From: Bacteriovoracaceae bacterium
GTDB taxonomy: Bacteria; Bdellovibrionota; Bacteriovoracia; Bacteriovoracales; Bacteriovoracaceae
Assembly: GCA_049599895.1 (NCBI GenBank)
Contig: JBMYPC010000001.1
Location: 1 to 62,543 of the forward strand
Direction: 5' to 3'
DNA length: 62,543 nucleotides
The translations under genes and the position numbers were made by a program. Shown one piece after another: positions 17,127-27,213 of the stretch (position 1 is the stretch's first letter; every line of letters starts with the position of its first letter). Below the pieces are notes generated by a model. The model saw nothing but the letters and a program-made list of their open reading frames with translations. It made no database searches and was not told the DNA's origin.

Positions 17127-19718
17127 CTAGTACCAGGAAATGAGTCCGTATTCGAACTTCGTACAAAGGTTTTTAAACTTTGGATAAGCTCTTAGACGGA
17201 TTCTTCTTGGGCGATTGTCATCAGACTTAAAGTTGACTTCGTAATGGCCAATACCCATTCCGTTGCCACCTTTGTTTTCAAGTTGAAGAGTTCTAAACTC
17301 TGCAGACTTTTCATCTGTGATAACGAGCTCAACTCCCAGTTCTTCAGGTGCAATGTCACCTAGATACATCGAAACATTGAATTGGCATTGAGAAGTTTCA
17401 AAAACACGTCCAGGAAGAGTTTGATCAACCGAGAACTCAACATGGTGAGATGGAGTGTCTTTTGTCTTGTTGTAATCAGAAACTGTTTCAACAATTTGTC
17501 CATCTGTTCCTACTTCTTGGAAAGTGAGGTATTCCCAGTGGCGTTGGAAGAATCTTCTTGTTTCATTGTATTTTTCAACACTTTGAAGATCTTCTTTATT
17601 ATAGATTTCACTGTAATCAAGAGCTCCAGCATAAAGATTATTCATATAATCTTGAACCATTCTGTGAGTACTGAATCTTGCGATATTACTGACAAGTGAT
17701 TCTTTTGATTTATTAATCCACTCATCATTATTGTCGTAATAAAGTGGGGCGATTGTTTCTTCAAGGTTGCAATAAAAGTCGTTTGCATCTTCAAAGTCTT
17801 GAACATCATCATTCGGGTAATCTTTTTCTTCACCAATGGTCCAGCCATTGTTTCCGTTATGACCTTCACGCCACCAACCATCAAGAACACTGAAGTTGAG
17901 TCCAAAGTTAAGAGGAACTTTCTGTCCACTTGTTCCCGAAGCTTCCATTGGACGTCTTGGGTTGTTTAGCCAAACATCAACACCAGAAACCATATGTCTT
18001 GAAATGTTCATGTCGTAGTTTTCAAGGATAATTACTTTTCCTTTGAACTCTTCTTCACGAGAGATTTTATAGATTTCTCTAATAAAGTTTTGTCCAGGAA
18101 CGTCAGCAGGGTGGGCCTTTCCTGCAAAGATAAACTGCACTGGCTTATCAGTGTTTGAAATAATTTTTCTTAAGCGCTCTTTATCTTTAAAAATAAGAGT
18201 TGCTCTTTTGTAAGTTGCAAATCTTCTTGCAAAACCAATTGTTAAAGCATCTTCACTAAGGTAGCTATCGACCGCATCAATCTCATTTTGAGCTTCTCCA
18301 TTTCTTTGAAGTTGCTCTTTCAGTTGAGTGCGAACCATCTTAATCATTTTGCCTTTAAGGGCTTTTTTCTTTGTTGCGATGTCTGTGTTAGGAATCTTGT
18401 GAGCTCCATCCCAGTATTCTTGGTTCGCTAGCTCATCTTCCCAGTTCGCTCCCATATGAGTTTCGAAAAGCTCTTTAGCTTCTAAAGATGTCCAGGTTTG
18501 AACGTGAACACCATTTGTGATGTGAGTAATCGAGTTGTCGATCTCAGGAACATTTGGCCATTGAGACTTCCACATCTTCGCAGCAATCTTTCCGTGAAGC
18601 TCACTTACACCATTTTGAAAACGAGAGAAGTTAAGAGCGAAAACTGTAAGGCTAAAGAATTTATAATCACTTTTCTCATCAACAAGACCAAGAGAGATAA
18701 AACGATTCCATGAGATATTAAGCTTTTTAATATAAGTGTGAAAAAACTCATGCATCATTGGAAGTGAGAAAGATTCGTTTCCAGCAGGAACTGGAGTGTG
18801 AGTTGTAAAAACACAGTTTGAAGAGGCAACAGTTCTTGCTTCTTCAAAAGAGATATTTTTTTCTTCCATTAAGTTAAGAACTCTTTCAAGTTGGAAGAAG
18901 CCTGAGTGTCCTTCATTCATATGAAAAACAGCTGGCTCAATTTCTAATGCCTTGAGGGCCTTAACACCACCGATACCAAGAAGAATCTCTTGAGAGATTC
19001 TCATCTCCCGATCACCACCATAAAGTCTGCTTGTGAGAAGCTTATCTTCTTCTGTGTTGTCTCTGTGATGAGAGTCAAGAAGATAAAGAGTGTTAATCCC
19101 AGCTTGAACTTCCCAAACTTGAGCTTTCACTTTTCTTCCTGGAAGCTCAACTTCAACTTCAGCTTGAGTTCCATTTTTTGTAAGAGCTGGATTGACTGGT
19201 AGAACCTCTGGATCAAATGTTTCATAAACATCAACCTGGTCACCGGCATTATTGATTTGTTGTGTGAAATATCCATTACGATAAAAGAGTCCAACAAAAA
19301 GCATTGGAATCCCAAGATCAGAAGAACTCTTTACATGATCACCGGCAAGGACTCCAAGACCACCACTATAAATGGGAAGACTTTCGTGAAGACCATACTC
19401 TGTACAAAAATAAGCACATCGCTTTTGTGCATGATCAGCATACTTTCCATTAAACCAAGTATTTGGTCTGTTCATATAATTTTGAAACTTATCAGAAACT
19501 TTATTGTAAAGAGCGACGTAGGCTTCATCGTTTTCAAGTTTTTTCCAAGTCTCCCCAGTTGCACTTGAAAGAGTTTTGACTGGGTTTCTTTTTTCATTCC
19601 AAACTGAAGAGTTAAGAGTTTCGAAAAGTTCCCAAGATTCTTGGTTCCATGACCACCAAAGGTTGTGGGCAATGTCATTTAACCCTGCAAATTTTTCAGG
19701 AAGGTTCGTGAGGTTCAT
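17127..19718 (-). CDS. glgP: Alpha-glucan (glycogen/maltodextrin) phosphorylase, GT35
   Basis: The PLP-lysine region MEASGTSGQKVPLNFGLNFSVLDGWW is present. The segments GGLGVLAGD and HTPVPAGNE also match. The size of 863 aa fits the alpha-glucan phosphorylase family. Confidence 0.85.
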   Translation of the reverse strand: MNLTNLPEKFAGLNDIAHNLWWSWNQESWELFETLNSSVWNEKRNPVKTLSSATGETWKKLENDEAYVALYNKVSDKFQNYMNRPNTWFNGKYADHAQKRCAYFCTEYGLHESLPIYSGGLGVLAGDHVKSSSDLGIPMLFVGLFYRNGYFTQQINNAGDQVDVYETFDPEVLPVNPALTKNGTQAEVEVELPGRKVKAQVWEVQAGINTLYLLDSHHRDNTEEDKLLTSRLYGGDREMRISQEILLGIGGVKALKALEIEPAVFHMNEGHSGFFQLERVLNLMEEKNISFEEARTVASSNCVFTTHTPVPAGNESFSLPMMHEFFHTYIKKLNISWNRFISLGLVDEKSDYKFFSLTVFALNFSRFQNGVSELHGKIAAKMWKSQWPNVPEIDNSITHITNGVHVQTWTSLEAKELFETHMGANWEDELANQEYWDGAHKIPNTDIATKKKALKGKMIKMVRTQLKEQLQRNGEAQNEIDAVDSYLSEDALTIGFARRFATYKRATLIFKDKERLRKIISNTDKPVQFIFAGKAHPADVPGQNFIREIYKISREEEFKGKVIILENYDMNISRHMVSGVDVWLNNPRRPMEASGTSGQKVPLNFGLNFSVLDGWWREGHNGNNGWTIGEEKDYPNDDVQDFEDANDFYCNLEETIAPLYYDNNDEWINKSKESLVSNIARFSTHRMVQDYMNNLYAGALDYSEIYNKEDLQSVEKYNETRRFFQRHWEYLTFQEVGTDGQIVETVSDYNKTKDTPSHHVEFSVDQTLPGRVFETSQCQFNVSMYLGDIAPEELGVELVITDEKSAEFRTLQLENKGGNGMGIGHYEVNFKSDDNRPRRIRLRAYPKFKNLCTKFEYGLISWY

Positions 19719-19813
19719 AAGTGTTTTCCTTCGTTTTTCTAAAGCGAGAAGAGTGAATTAATTAATAAATAATTCGCTCAAGCAATCTCGTCAACTATAT
19801 CTCTCAGACAGTG

Positions 19814-22669
19814 TTATAATCTGATGAAGCTGAATTTGAAAGTCCTAATGTTGAAGATAAAATTGTATCGCCCAGCATCAAGGTGAAGGGTAACATCATC
19901 ACCTCGAGAAACGTAGCTTAGATTCCCTGAAGGGGTTGCTAAGAAGTGTTGCATATTTTGTTGGTGAATTGAATCAGCATTACTGAGTTCAATATCCCAG
20001 TTGGCATTGGCAACTTTAAAGCGATGACTTCCTGAAGTTGTAACAGAAACTCCTGCAACATAAAGGTCGCCTTTATCCGATGAAGCTCTAAGCTCAGATG
20101 TCAGTTTCCAATCGTTAAAGGTTCCTCTGACAAAAAGTTTTTCTTGCATCTTAGGACGCTTCGTTTTCTCAAAGATGGCCACAGCGGGTCCTTTGAGCCG
20201 AATCTGATTATCTCTGCCACCAACTTGAGCAATGACATTTTGGTAAAGTCCTGTGCTTCCACCAAACTCTGGTGATGATGAGTTGTAAGTTTCTTGCCAC
20301 CAAGTCTGTGAGTCTCCAGGAAAATGTAACCAAGCGTCAGTAAGGTCATGACCAAAGTTGGCGACTACAAGGTATTCACCTTTGGAGTTTTGAATGTGGT
20401 AACTAAGAACTTTTCCACCGTAGATAAGGTCAACATAGTTAGGATCTCTTTCATTCCATTCTGGAAGTTTACTTCGAAGTTTAAGCATCTCTTTAAAGAA
20501 TTTCACTTGTCCTGTGAAACGTCTTTTCTCATTGAGGCTTAAAAAGTTAAGGGCAGGACTTGTTTCAGCTTCAACGTATTCCCAAACCATTCTATGAGAA
20601 GCGACATATTTGTCGATATTCACATTTTTTGACGGCGTGGTGTTATTTTTAATGGCGTCAACGTAAGACCATTCATTCTCTATATTGATATCGTTTCCAG
20701 CTTCTTCACCTTGGAAAAAGAGAAGTGATCCAGGCTTTGTGAAAAGAACTCCATAAGCGGTACGAGCAAGATCATGAGTGAACTCGCTATGAAGGACTCG
20801 AAATGAAGTTTCTTTTTGTTGGTTCGAATTAAGAGGTCTTACTCTGTAGAAATAGTTTTTCCCATCACTTTCATATTGCTCGTACTCTGAAGCAAGTCTT
20901 AGAATAGGATCTTTATTGCCAATAAAATCATGACTTCCAATGTAGTTTACTGTTCTAAGTGGTGGCCCAAACTTAAACTCACCTAAGCCTCCATTATGGT
21001 TACTATAACCTCTAAGAGACCCTTGAAGGGGAAGAAGATCAAGGTCTCGATTCCATGGGCGGTAATGATCAAGCTCGGTTTCAAAAGCATTTTTAAACTT
21101 ATCATTCCATTGGCTATCAAAACCAAGCCCATTGTTGTCAATTGGGTATGTTGCCCAGACATTGTCTGGTAATTGCTCAGCGGAGAGATAAAACCTTGAA
21201 GAGTCGTGTTTTAAAACTTGATTCATTTCTTGAATAAATTCATAGGCAGGAGGATTGTTTCGATAGGCTACTTCAATCATATCAAAACGAAAGCCATCAA
21301 CATGGAAGTCTCGTTTAAGGGTGAGAAGAGCGTCTAAAATCCATTTACGAACCATGATTGAAGAAAACCTTGGTCTTGGACCCCAATCTGTATTGCCGTC
21401 ATAAAACTTTGATTGGTCATTGGTTTCAGTAAGAGGGTCTCTTAAAAGAAAGTTATTAATATGATTGATCACCACATCAAAGATCACTCGCATGTCTCTT
21501 TTATGGATTTGATCAACTAAGTATTTAAGCTCTTGCCTCGATCCATATTCTTTAGTGAGAAGAAAAAGAGAATCGAGGGCATATCCCCATGAAGCGTAAA
21601 AACGGTTTTCGTTTACAGGAAGAAGCTCAACAGCATTGACTCCAAGAGAGCGAACGTAGTCGAGTTTTTCAACGATATCTTTGTAAGTTCCCTGAACGTA
21701 CTTTCCATTTACTTTTTTAGGATTAAAAGTGAGAGGCCAGATTTGATAGATGAGCCAGTTGTCATAGTCTGCTTGGGCCTGGTTAAGGATCTGATTGTCG
21801 TGTTGCCAAGGGTAGGGCATTAAAGGTGCAACATGGGCCCGAGGGTCGATGTAGCCATTATTTTTTCCGCCTTTAGCATCATAGCTGAGCTCTCTTGCAT
21901 AGGGGTCAACTTTGATGGCACTCATTCGGTTTTTATTGGCAACCTCGAGAACTTCCAGTTTTCCATTTTTTTGAAATTCAAATTGGTAGGCATCATTTGG
22001 TTTTGCATAGGGAAGATAGAGAGAGTGAAACTTGTGACCAACTTCTCTAATATTTGAAACTTTCATAGGATAGCGTTTGGATTTAAATGTGAGAAAAACT
22101 TTTTCTGCACTTGGTTCCCAAATCTTAAAAAGAACTCCGCCATTTTCTACTTTTGTTGCTCCAAACTTTCCAAGGTGATTCCAAAACTTGAGATTATTGA
22201 CGAGTCTTTTCTTAGGAAGAAGTGACCATTCAAGACCATTCCAAAGATATGTGGAGGGGCCTGTTGAAATTCTAAAAGAGTAAGAGAGGTTCGGAGTGGT
22301 TCTCCAATTGTGATTTTTAAAATTAATTTCTAGCCAGCAAAAGTTTTGATCTTTACTTCCATAAAGTTTAGGCCAGGAGTTTTTAAGTTCGCCTAAGCTG
22401 AGTTTTTTAAGGCTTTGTTTAGGAGGTTTAATTTGTCTTTGGGCATTGGGAATAACAACTTCAATTGATCTAACTTGATGACAATGATTTTTTTGAATTT
22501 TAAAGAGTTGTTTAAAACCAGTGCTTGTGAGTTTTTGAAAATATTCAGAGTCATCAGTGTAAAATGAATCTCTCCAATCGGCGGCATATGCACTAAAGCT
22601 CAGTGATAATAGAGTGAAAAAAAGCGCCAGAGTTTTTGGGCGAAAGGCATGCTTTTGATATCGTTTCAT
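19814..22669 (-). CDS. Secreted GH13 alpha-glucan hydrolase (amylase/pullulanase-like) with CBM48-like N-domain and C-terminal carbohydrate-binding-like domain
   Basis: The GH13 conserved regions are present: DVVINHI, GFRFDMIE and YIGSHD. VLFKIWEPSAEKVFL resembles a CBM48/E-set domain. The C-terminus has FVRGTFNDW. I prefer the start at 22669 (MKRYQKH...SFSAYA signal peptide) over the track start at 22735. Confidence 0.75.
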   Translation of the reverse strand: MKRYQKHAFRPKTLALFFTLLSLSFSAYAADWRDSFYTDDSEYFQKLTSTGFKQLFKIQKNHCHQVRSIEVVIPNAQRQIKPPKQSLKKLSLGELKNSWPKLYGSKDQNFCWLEINFKNHNWRTTPNLSYSFRISTGPSTYLWNGLEWSLLPKKRLVNNLKFWNHLGKFGATKVENGGVLFKIWEPSAEKVFLTFKSKRYPMKVSNIREVGHKFHSLYLPYAKPNDAYQFEFQKNGKLEVLEVANKNRMSAIKVDPYARELSYDAKGGKNNGYIDPRAHVAPLMPYPWQHDNQILNQAQADYDNWLIYQIWPLTFNPKKVNGKYVQGTYKDIVEKLDYVRSLGVNAVELLPVNENRFYASWGYALDSLFLLTKEYGSRQELKYLVDQIHKRDMRVIFDVVINHINNFLLRDPLTETNDQSKFYDGNTDWGPRPRFSSIMVRKWILDALLTLKRDFHVDGFRFDMIEVAYRNNPPAYEFIQEMNQVLKHDSSRFYLSAEQLPDNVWATYPIDNNGLGFDSQWNDKFKNAFETELDHYRPWNRDLDLLPLQGSLRGYSNHNGGLGEFKFGPPLRTVNYIGSHDFIGNKDPILRLASEYEQYESDGKNYFYRVRPLNSNQQKETSFRVLHSEFTHDLARTAYGVLFTKPGSLLFFQGEEAGNDINIENEWSYVDAIKNNTTPSKNVNIDKYVASHRMVWEYVEAETSPALNFLSLNEKRRFTGQVKFFKEMLKLRSKLPEWNERDPNYVDLIYGGKVLSYHIQNSKGEYLVVANFGHDLTDAWLHFPGDSQTWWQETYNSSSPEFGGSTGLYQNVIAQVGGRDNQIRLKGPAVAIFEKTKRPKMQEKLFVRGTFNDWKLTSELRASSDKGDLYVAGVSVTTSGSHRFKVANANWDIELSNADSIHQQNMQHFLATPSGNLSYVSRGDDVTLHLDAGRYNFIFNIRTFKFSFIRL

Positions 22670-22734
22670 AAGTTTTGTGACCTTGTTGTGAATTTGGAAG
22701 CAACAAAACCTATCGAAACATTCAGGTCCAGACA

Positions 22735-22753
22735 ACTTTTTGTCACAAAAAGT
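22735..22753. promoter_or_regulatory. Perfect 19-bp palindrome ACTTTTTGT-C-ACAAAAAGT between malE and the GH13 gene
   Basis: I read the palindrome directly. It has 9-bp arms around a central C and lies 66 nt upstream of the GH13 start, within the putative operon. Confidence 0.3.
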
Positions 22754-22804
22754 AAGGGAGTTTATTGATAAAAGCTAAGGCAAAATAACACGCTGCTTTC
22801 GAGA

Positions 22805-23983
22805 CTATTTCGAGGTCGCTGCGTTAATTTGATTAACTGCTTGATCTAATGCGGTTTTTGGCTTCTCTTGCCCTGTGACAATCATTTTAAGTGCGCCGCC
22901 AGCAGAGGCCCAAACAGCACCCATCTCTGGGACATTAGGCATGGGAATTCCATGACTCGCTGATTCCATAAAAGCTTTAAGGTCTTTATCTGTTTTTGAA
23001 AGTTCTGCAAGGACATCAAGACGACTAGGGCCTCGAGGGTCTTCTTTATACATTGTGGCAATACCTTCTTTTGAAAGAAAGTAGTTTTCAATAAGTTCTT
23101 TTGCGAGCTCTTTATTTTCAGAAGACCTTCGAATCATAAAGCCATGAGTTCCAACAAAGGGTTTTGGTTTTTGTCCCGCAAGAGTTGGAATAGGGGCGAC
23201 ACCATAGTTGATTTTTGATCTTTTAAGATCGGCAATTGACCAAGGTCCATCGATTGTTGCTGCAAGCTTTCCATTTTTCATTTTATCAAAGGCGATACTT
23301 CGATCAGTTGAGCTCGGAATAACTCCAGTTTTTGAAAGACGGGCCAGAAATTTTGCGCCAGTCAAAGCACCTTGATTGTTAAGCCCTACATCAGAAACAT
23401 TGAGACCACTTCCGTCATTTTTAAAGACGTAGCCTCCCGCAGCGCTGAGAATAGGAAATGAAAAGAAGAAGTTGGCGTAATCGTAGAGAAAGCCAAAATG
23501 TTTCGCACCTTTGGTTTTGAGACTTTGTGAAAGACTTACGAGTTCTTCAAGAGTTTCTGGAACTTGAGGGAGAAGGTCTTTGTTATAAATAAAGGCGATG
23601 GCCTCAAGGTCATAGGGATAACCATAGACCTTGCCATTATAAGTATAGGCCTTAACGGCCACTGGTAAGAGTTCTTTTTTTAAACTTTCATCTAAGAGAA
23701 TAGGCTCAATAAGACCAGAAGAAGCAAGTTCTCCTACCACATCATGGGCCCAACAAAGAATATCAGGGCCTTTTCCTGACATCGCTGCAGTCTTAAATTG
23801 AGAGGTAAGGTCTTTGTTAAGAATGGTGACCTTTACTTTGTGTTTGAACTCTTTTTCAAATTGAGGAGTGAGTTTTTCAATGGCCCTTTTGACATTTTCA
23901 TTGGATGTCCAAATTTCAAGAGCATTAGTTTGAGCGCATAAAAGGCAAAGAAAAAAGAGCAGATTCAATTTCATCATTTTCAT
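22805..23983 (-). CDS. malE: Maltose/maltodextrin-binding periplasmic protein
   Basis: A signal peptide is present. The segment GKGPDILCWAHDVVGELASSGLIEPI closely parallels the E. coli MalE segment [23 protein letters not shown]. Confidence 0.85.
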   Translation of the reverse strand: MKMMKLNLLFFLCLLCAQTNALEIWTSNENVKRAIEKLTPQFEKEFKHKVKVTILNKDLTSQFKTAAMSGKGPDILCWAHDVVGELASSGLIEPILLDESLKKELLPVAVKAYTYNGKVYGYPYDLEAIAFIYNKDLLPQVPETLEELVSLSQSLKTKGAKHFGFLYDYANFFFSFPILSAAGGYVFKNDGSGLNVSDVGLNNQGALTGAKFLARLSKTGVIPSSTDRSIAFDKMKNGKLAATIDGPWSIADLKRSKINYGVAPIPTLAGQKPKPFVGTHGFMIRRSSENKELAKELIENYFLSKEGIATMYKEDPRGPSRLDVLAELSKTDKDLKAFMESASHGIPMPNVPEMGAVWASAGGALKMIVTGQEKPKTALDQAVNQINAATSK

Positions 23984-24978
23984 ATTGAGTCACCTTCAAA
24001 AGCAGCAATTGCAGCACCGAGACCTCCTGCGGAGTCTCCAATCTTATGCTTACAAATTGTAGGGGCCAGACCTGGAACAAAACGGTTTCTTTCAACTTCT
24101 TCAGCGACACCTTCTAAGATGATCTCTTGTTTACTAATTCCTCCGCCAAGGACGATCACGTCAGGATCAAAAATATTAGTAAGCTTTGTTAAAAAAGCCG
24201 CGAGATCTTTTCGGTATTGATTGAGCACAGCAAGTGCTAAAGGATCACTTTTCTTAGCGAGTTCAAAAATACTTGAAGCTGATTGAAATTGATGAATCTG
24301 TGAATACCTTCTTGAATTAAAAAGAGCTTCTAAAGAAGGCCCTGAGAGGTATTGTTCGGCACAGCCTTGTTGACCGCAATAACACATCTTTCCCCCTGGG
24401 TGGAGAGTGGTGTGGCCGATTTCACCGGCGCTTCCATTTTTACCAATCAGCAGTCGGCCTCTCGTAAAGAGTCCGCCACCAACACCGGTTCCAAGAATGA
24501 TTCCAATTAAGGTGAAGTTTTTCCAATCGTATTGCTTTCCAGCACCACAAGCTGCCTCCGCAAGAGCGAAGAGATTCGCATCGTTTTGGACGTTAATATT
24601 TTTAAGTCCAGGTAGGAAACTTTTAAAGTATTCGTGAAAATCAAAACCAATAAAGATTTGCGAATTTCCCATGAGCATTTTTTGAGTTTGAGGATCAACG
24701 GAACCTGGAAGGCCAACCCCAACTGAGCCAATTTGATGAGGTTCAATTTCATGGGTGGAGAGAAGTTCAAAAGTTGCCGCTTTAAGGTTTTCGGTAACAG
24801 CTTCTAAGCCTCTTTGTCTCTCTGTTGGGATTCTTTTCTTTCCCATTTCAAAGATAGACTGGCGGTCACTTTTATAAGAAAAGGATTTTCCTGGATGCTC
24901 ACCCTCAAGGAAGTTGTAGATACTGATTTCGATTTTTGTTCCACCTATATCGTAGGCGAGGATGTAGTCGTTACTCAT
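23980..24978 (-). CDS. ROK-family sugar kinase (glucokinase-like; no N-terminal HTH)
   Basis: The ATP-binding motif DIGGTKIE is present. The ROK signature GSAGEIGH and the zinc motif CYCGQQGCAEQY are also present. The gene overlaps the malE start by 4 nt (ATGA). Confidence 0.8.
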   Translation of the reverse strand: MSNDYILAYDIGGTKIEISIYNFLEGEHPGKSFSYKSDRQSIFEMGKKRIPTERQRGLEAVTENLKAATFELLSTHEIEPHQIGSVGVGLPGSVDPQTQKMLMGNSQIFIGFDFHEYFKSFLPGLKNINVQNDANLFALAEAACGAGKQYDWKNFTLIGIILGTGVGGGLFTRGRLLIGKNGSAGEIGHTTLHPGGKMCYCGQQGCAEQYLSGPSLEALFNSRRYSQIHQFQSASSIFELAKKSDPLALAVLNQYRKDLAAFLTKLTNIFDPDVIVLGGGISKQEIILEGVAEEVERNRFVPGLAPTICKHKIGDSAGGLGAAIAAFEGDSI

Positions 24979-25208
24979 GGGACAGGTCTTTTGTTTTTTT
25001 GGCTATCGTAAAAACAACAGCTTATGTTCTTTATTCACTGAAATGGACTTTATCTAGGATTTCAGCAAAATCATGGATTTTTAGGGTTTTATTGTCAAGT
25101 TCCCACAATGGCAAGGTGCTTTACTAAACTTTTTGCTCAAATATGCCGATTGAGAACAGTGAAAACCTTTAAAAGGGAAATTTTGAGCTTATTTTGAGGA
25201 AAATAAAA

Positions 25209-25922
25209 ATGAAAATTTCAAAAAGTTTTGGCCTTATTCTGTTCATCCCGTGGATCTTCGTGAGTTGCGATTATGTTGATGAAGTGGCCAGTGAGTCGCG
25301 AAAATCAATGCATTATGAAAAGGTCTCTTTACAGCTTGCTAAAGAAAATAGGGAGCTCGAATCAGAGGTGAGTAAACTTCGTTATGAGATTCAATCTCTT
25401 AAGGCCAAAAACAAATACCTTTCAATTAAGCTTGAAGAAAAGGCCGTGAAAAAGCAAAAAAGGGCCATCGCGAGTTTGAAGACTGAGATTCCTGGCAATG
25501 ACCTTGTGAAGTTTTCTGTCTATCGCTGGAAAGCTGATCAACTTCTTGCTATTGCTCAAAGCGAGTTTAAAAAGAAGAACTATGAAAAGTCGGCTCAATT
25601 TTTCCATGCCTTTGGAAAACATTACCCAGCACATAAAAGAAGAGATGATCTGTTTTTATTTCAAGCAGGGGTCTCGGCTTATGAGTCAAAGAAGCATCCT
25701 AATTGGACTAATCAATACTTGAGCGAGCTCGTGAGAAAGTTTCCAACCTCTGGATATTACAGAGAGGCAAAATTATGGCTAGGACTTTCTTACCTACGTG
25801 AGAATAAATCAGCGAAATTCTTTGAAATCGTTGAGGAATTCCGAAAAAAGTATCGTAACACCGATGAATGGAAAATCTTGAGTAGTCATTATGAGGAAAT
25901 TGTTCAAAAGTACAAACAGTAA
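25209..25922 (+). CDS. Lipoprotein with coiled-coil plus TPR-like domain (YbgF/CpoB- or BamD-like)
   Basis: The ATG at 25209 lies 8 nt after gagga. The lipobox is WIFVSC. A heptad-like region is followed by TPR-like segments KKNYEKSAQFFHAFGKHYPAH and FPTSGYYREAKLWLGLSY. Confidence 0.55.
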   Translation: MKISKSFGLILFIPWIFVSCDYVDEVASESRKSMHYEKVSLQLAKENRELESEVSKLRYEIQSLKAKNKYLSIKLEEKAVKKQKRAIASLKTEIPGNDLVKFSVYRWKADQLLAIAQSEFKKKNYEKSAQFFHAFGKHYPAHKRRDDLFLFQAGVSAYESKKHPNWTNQYLSELVRKFPTSGYYREAKLWLGLSYLRENKSAKFFEIVEEFRKKYRNTDEWKILSSHYEEIVQKYKQ

Positions 25923-27162
25923 AATCGTTCTTTCTCTAGCTCTTTTAGGGGAGATCCTCTTTCTAGGAAGTAGCGCTTTCGCTGAAGGTGTTAGTCCTAG
26001 GGCCCAAGTCCTTTCTGTGAAAGGAAAAGCTTTCATCACAAGAAACAATATGACTTCAACTTTAAAAGCTGGGTCGCATATTTATGATTTCGATACCATT
26101 CGAACAGAAACGGGATCGAGCCTTTCGTTTTCAGATTTCTACGAGCATCGCTATCATATTTCTGGAGCCGCTCACTTAAAAGTGTTCAACAGAATGGTCG
26201 AACTTAAAGCAGGTTATCTTTGGCTAGTAACTGGTGGGAAGCCTCATGGTTACCAAGTTCAAACGGCTAATGGAGTTTTAAGTTACGAGCAAGGAGAAGG
26301 GGTTATCTCATTTGATCCCTATGTTGGGAAAACTCAATTTCTCAATGTGAAAGGTGAATTCCAATTTGGAAACATTGTTCAACAAGATATTAAGACTTCT
26401 GTAAGAGAAGGCCATTTTAGCTATATCGATAATTCAGATGAGGATAGTAGTGGAAGTGGTGGAGTTCCAAGAAGACCAACTCCTATTGGTTATAAATCAT
26501 TTCAAAAAATTATGGGAATCTTTAAGGGCGTCGAGGAGTCTAAGAAAGTTAAAGCGGCTTCAATTAGTGGTGTGATACCAGCTGTTTCTTCTCAGAAACC
26601 AGTGTCGGCACCAAGAGAGAATGCTTCAGTCTCAAAAGCTTACGCTCAGGCCGGTATGAAGTTTAAAGGAAACTCACAATCAAGAACCATTGCCAGTACT
26701 CCAAAGTCAGGAGTTGGAAAAATTCATTACATCGAAGACAAATCTCCTAAACAAAGTGACATGAAATCTTCAATTAATTCTTATCTCAAATCAAAAATGA
26801 ATAAGATGAAAAAAGACGTGGATAATAAGCCTTGGCGACCAAAATACACAAAGAAGTCGAATGTGAAACTAAGAGTTTTTGGAAAAAAGCCAGCAAAACG
26901 TGTTCCAACCTCAAAGCCTGTGCTTCGAGTGAAGAAAGTGAAAAGCGTAAAAGTGAAAAACCACGTAAAAGAGTCGGTTACAAGAATGCCAGCAAGTGTT
27001 CCTCACATCAACTCAAAGGGCTTTACCCCGAAGAAAAAAGAGGATCCGTTTGAGAAGTCATTGATGGATAATTATAAGAATCAAATGCGTCATGATAAGG
27101 AAACAAATTCTCTTATTAACGACCTAAAAAGTTATCGCCAAGACTACCAAATCTCTTATTAA
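25891..27162 (+). CDS. Secreted FecR-domain-like protein with Lys-rich C-terminal half
   Basis: A signal peptide is present. The segment VKGKAFITRNNMTSTLKAGSHIYDFDTIRTETGSSLSFSDF matches the FecR-domain pattern. The gene overlaps the upstream gene by 32 nt. Confidence 0.5.
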   Translation: MRKLFKSTNSKIVLSLALLGEILFLGSSAFAEGVSPRAQVLSVKGKAFITRNNMTSTLKAGSHIYDFDTIRTETGSSLSFSDFYEHRYHISGAAHLKVFNRMVELKAGYLWLVTGGKPHGYQVQTANGVLSYEQGEGVISFDPYVGKTQFLNVKGEFQFGNIVQQDIKTSVREGHFSYIDNSDEDSSGSGGVPRRPTPIGYKSFQKIMGIFKGVEESKKVKAASISGVIPAVSSQKPVSAPRENASVSKAYAQAGMKFKGNSQSRTIASTPKSGVGKIHYIEDKSPKQSDMKSSINSYLKSKMNKMKKDVDNKPWRPKYTKKSNVKLRVFGKKPAKRVPTSKPVLRVKKVKSVKVKNHVKESVTRMPASVPHINSKGFTPKKKEDPFEKSLMDNYKNQMRHDKETNSLINDLKSYRQDYQISY

Positions 27163-27213
27163 TAGTGTACATTTCCTAGGGACATCAAACCTTAATCTCT
27201 AAAAGGGGTTCCT

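Noticed and set aside
22670-22735. 22-aa N-terminal extension of the GH13 ORF (MSGPECFDRFCCFQ...)
   Set aside because: The extension is Cys-rich and does not resemble a signal peptide. The downstream Met at 22669 begins a proper signal peptide. The extension also overlaps the 19-bp palindrome.
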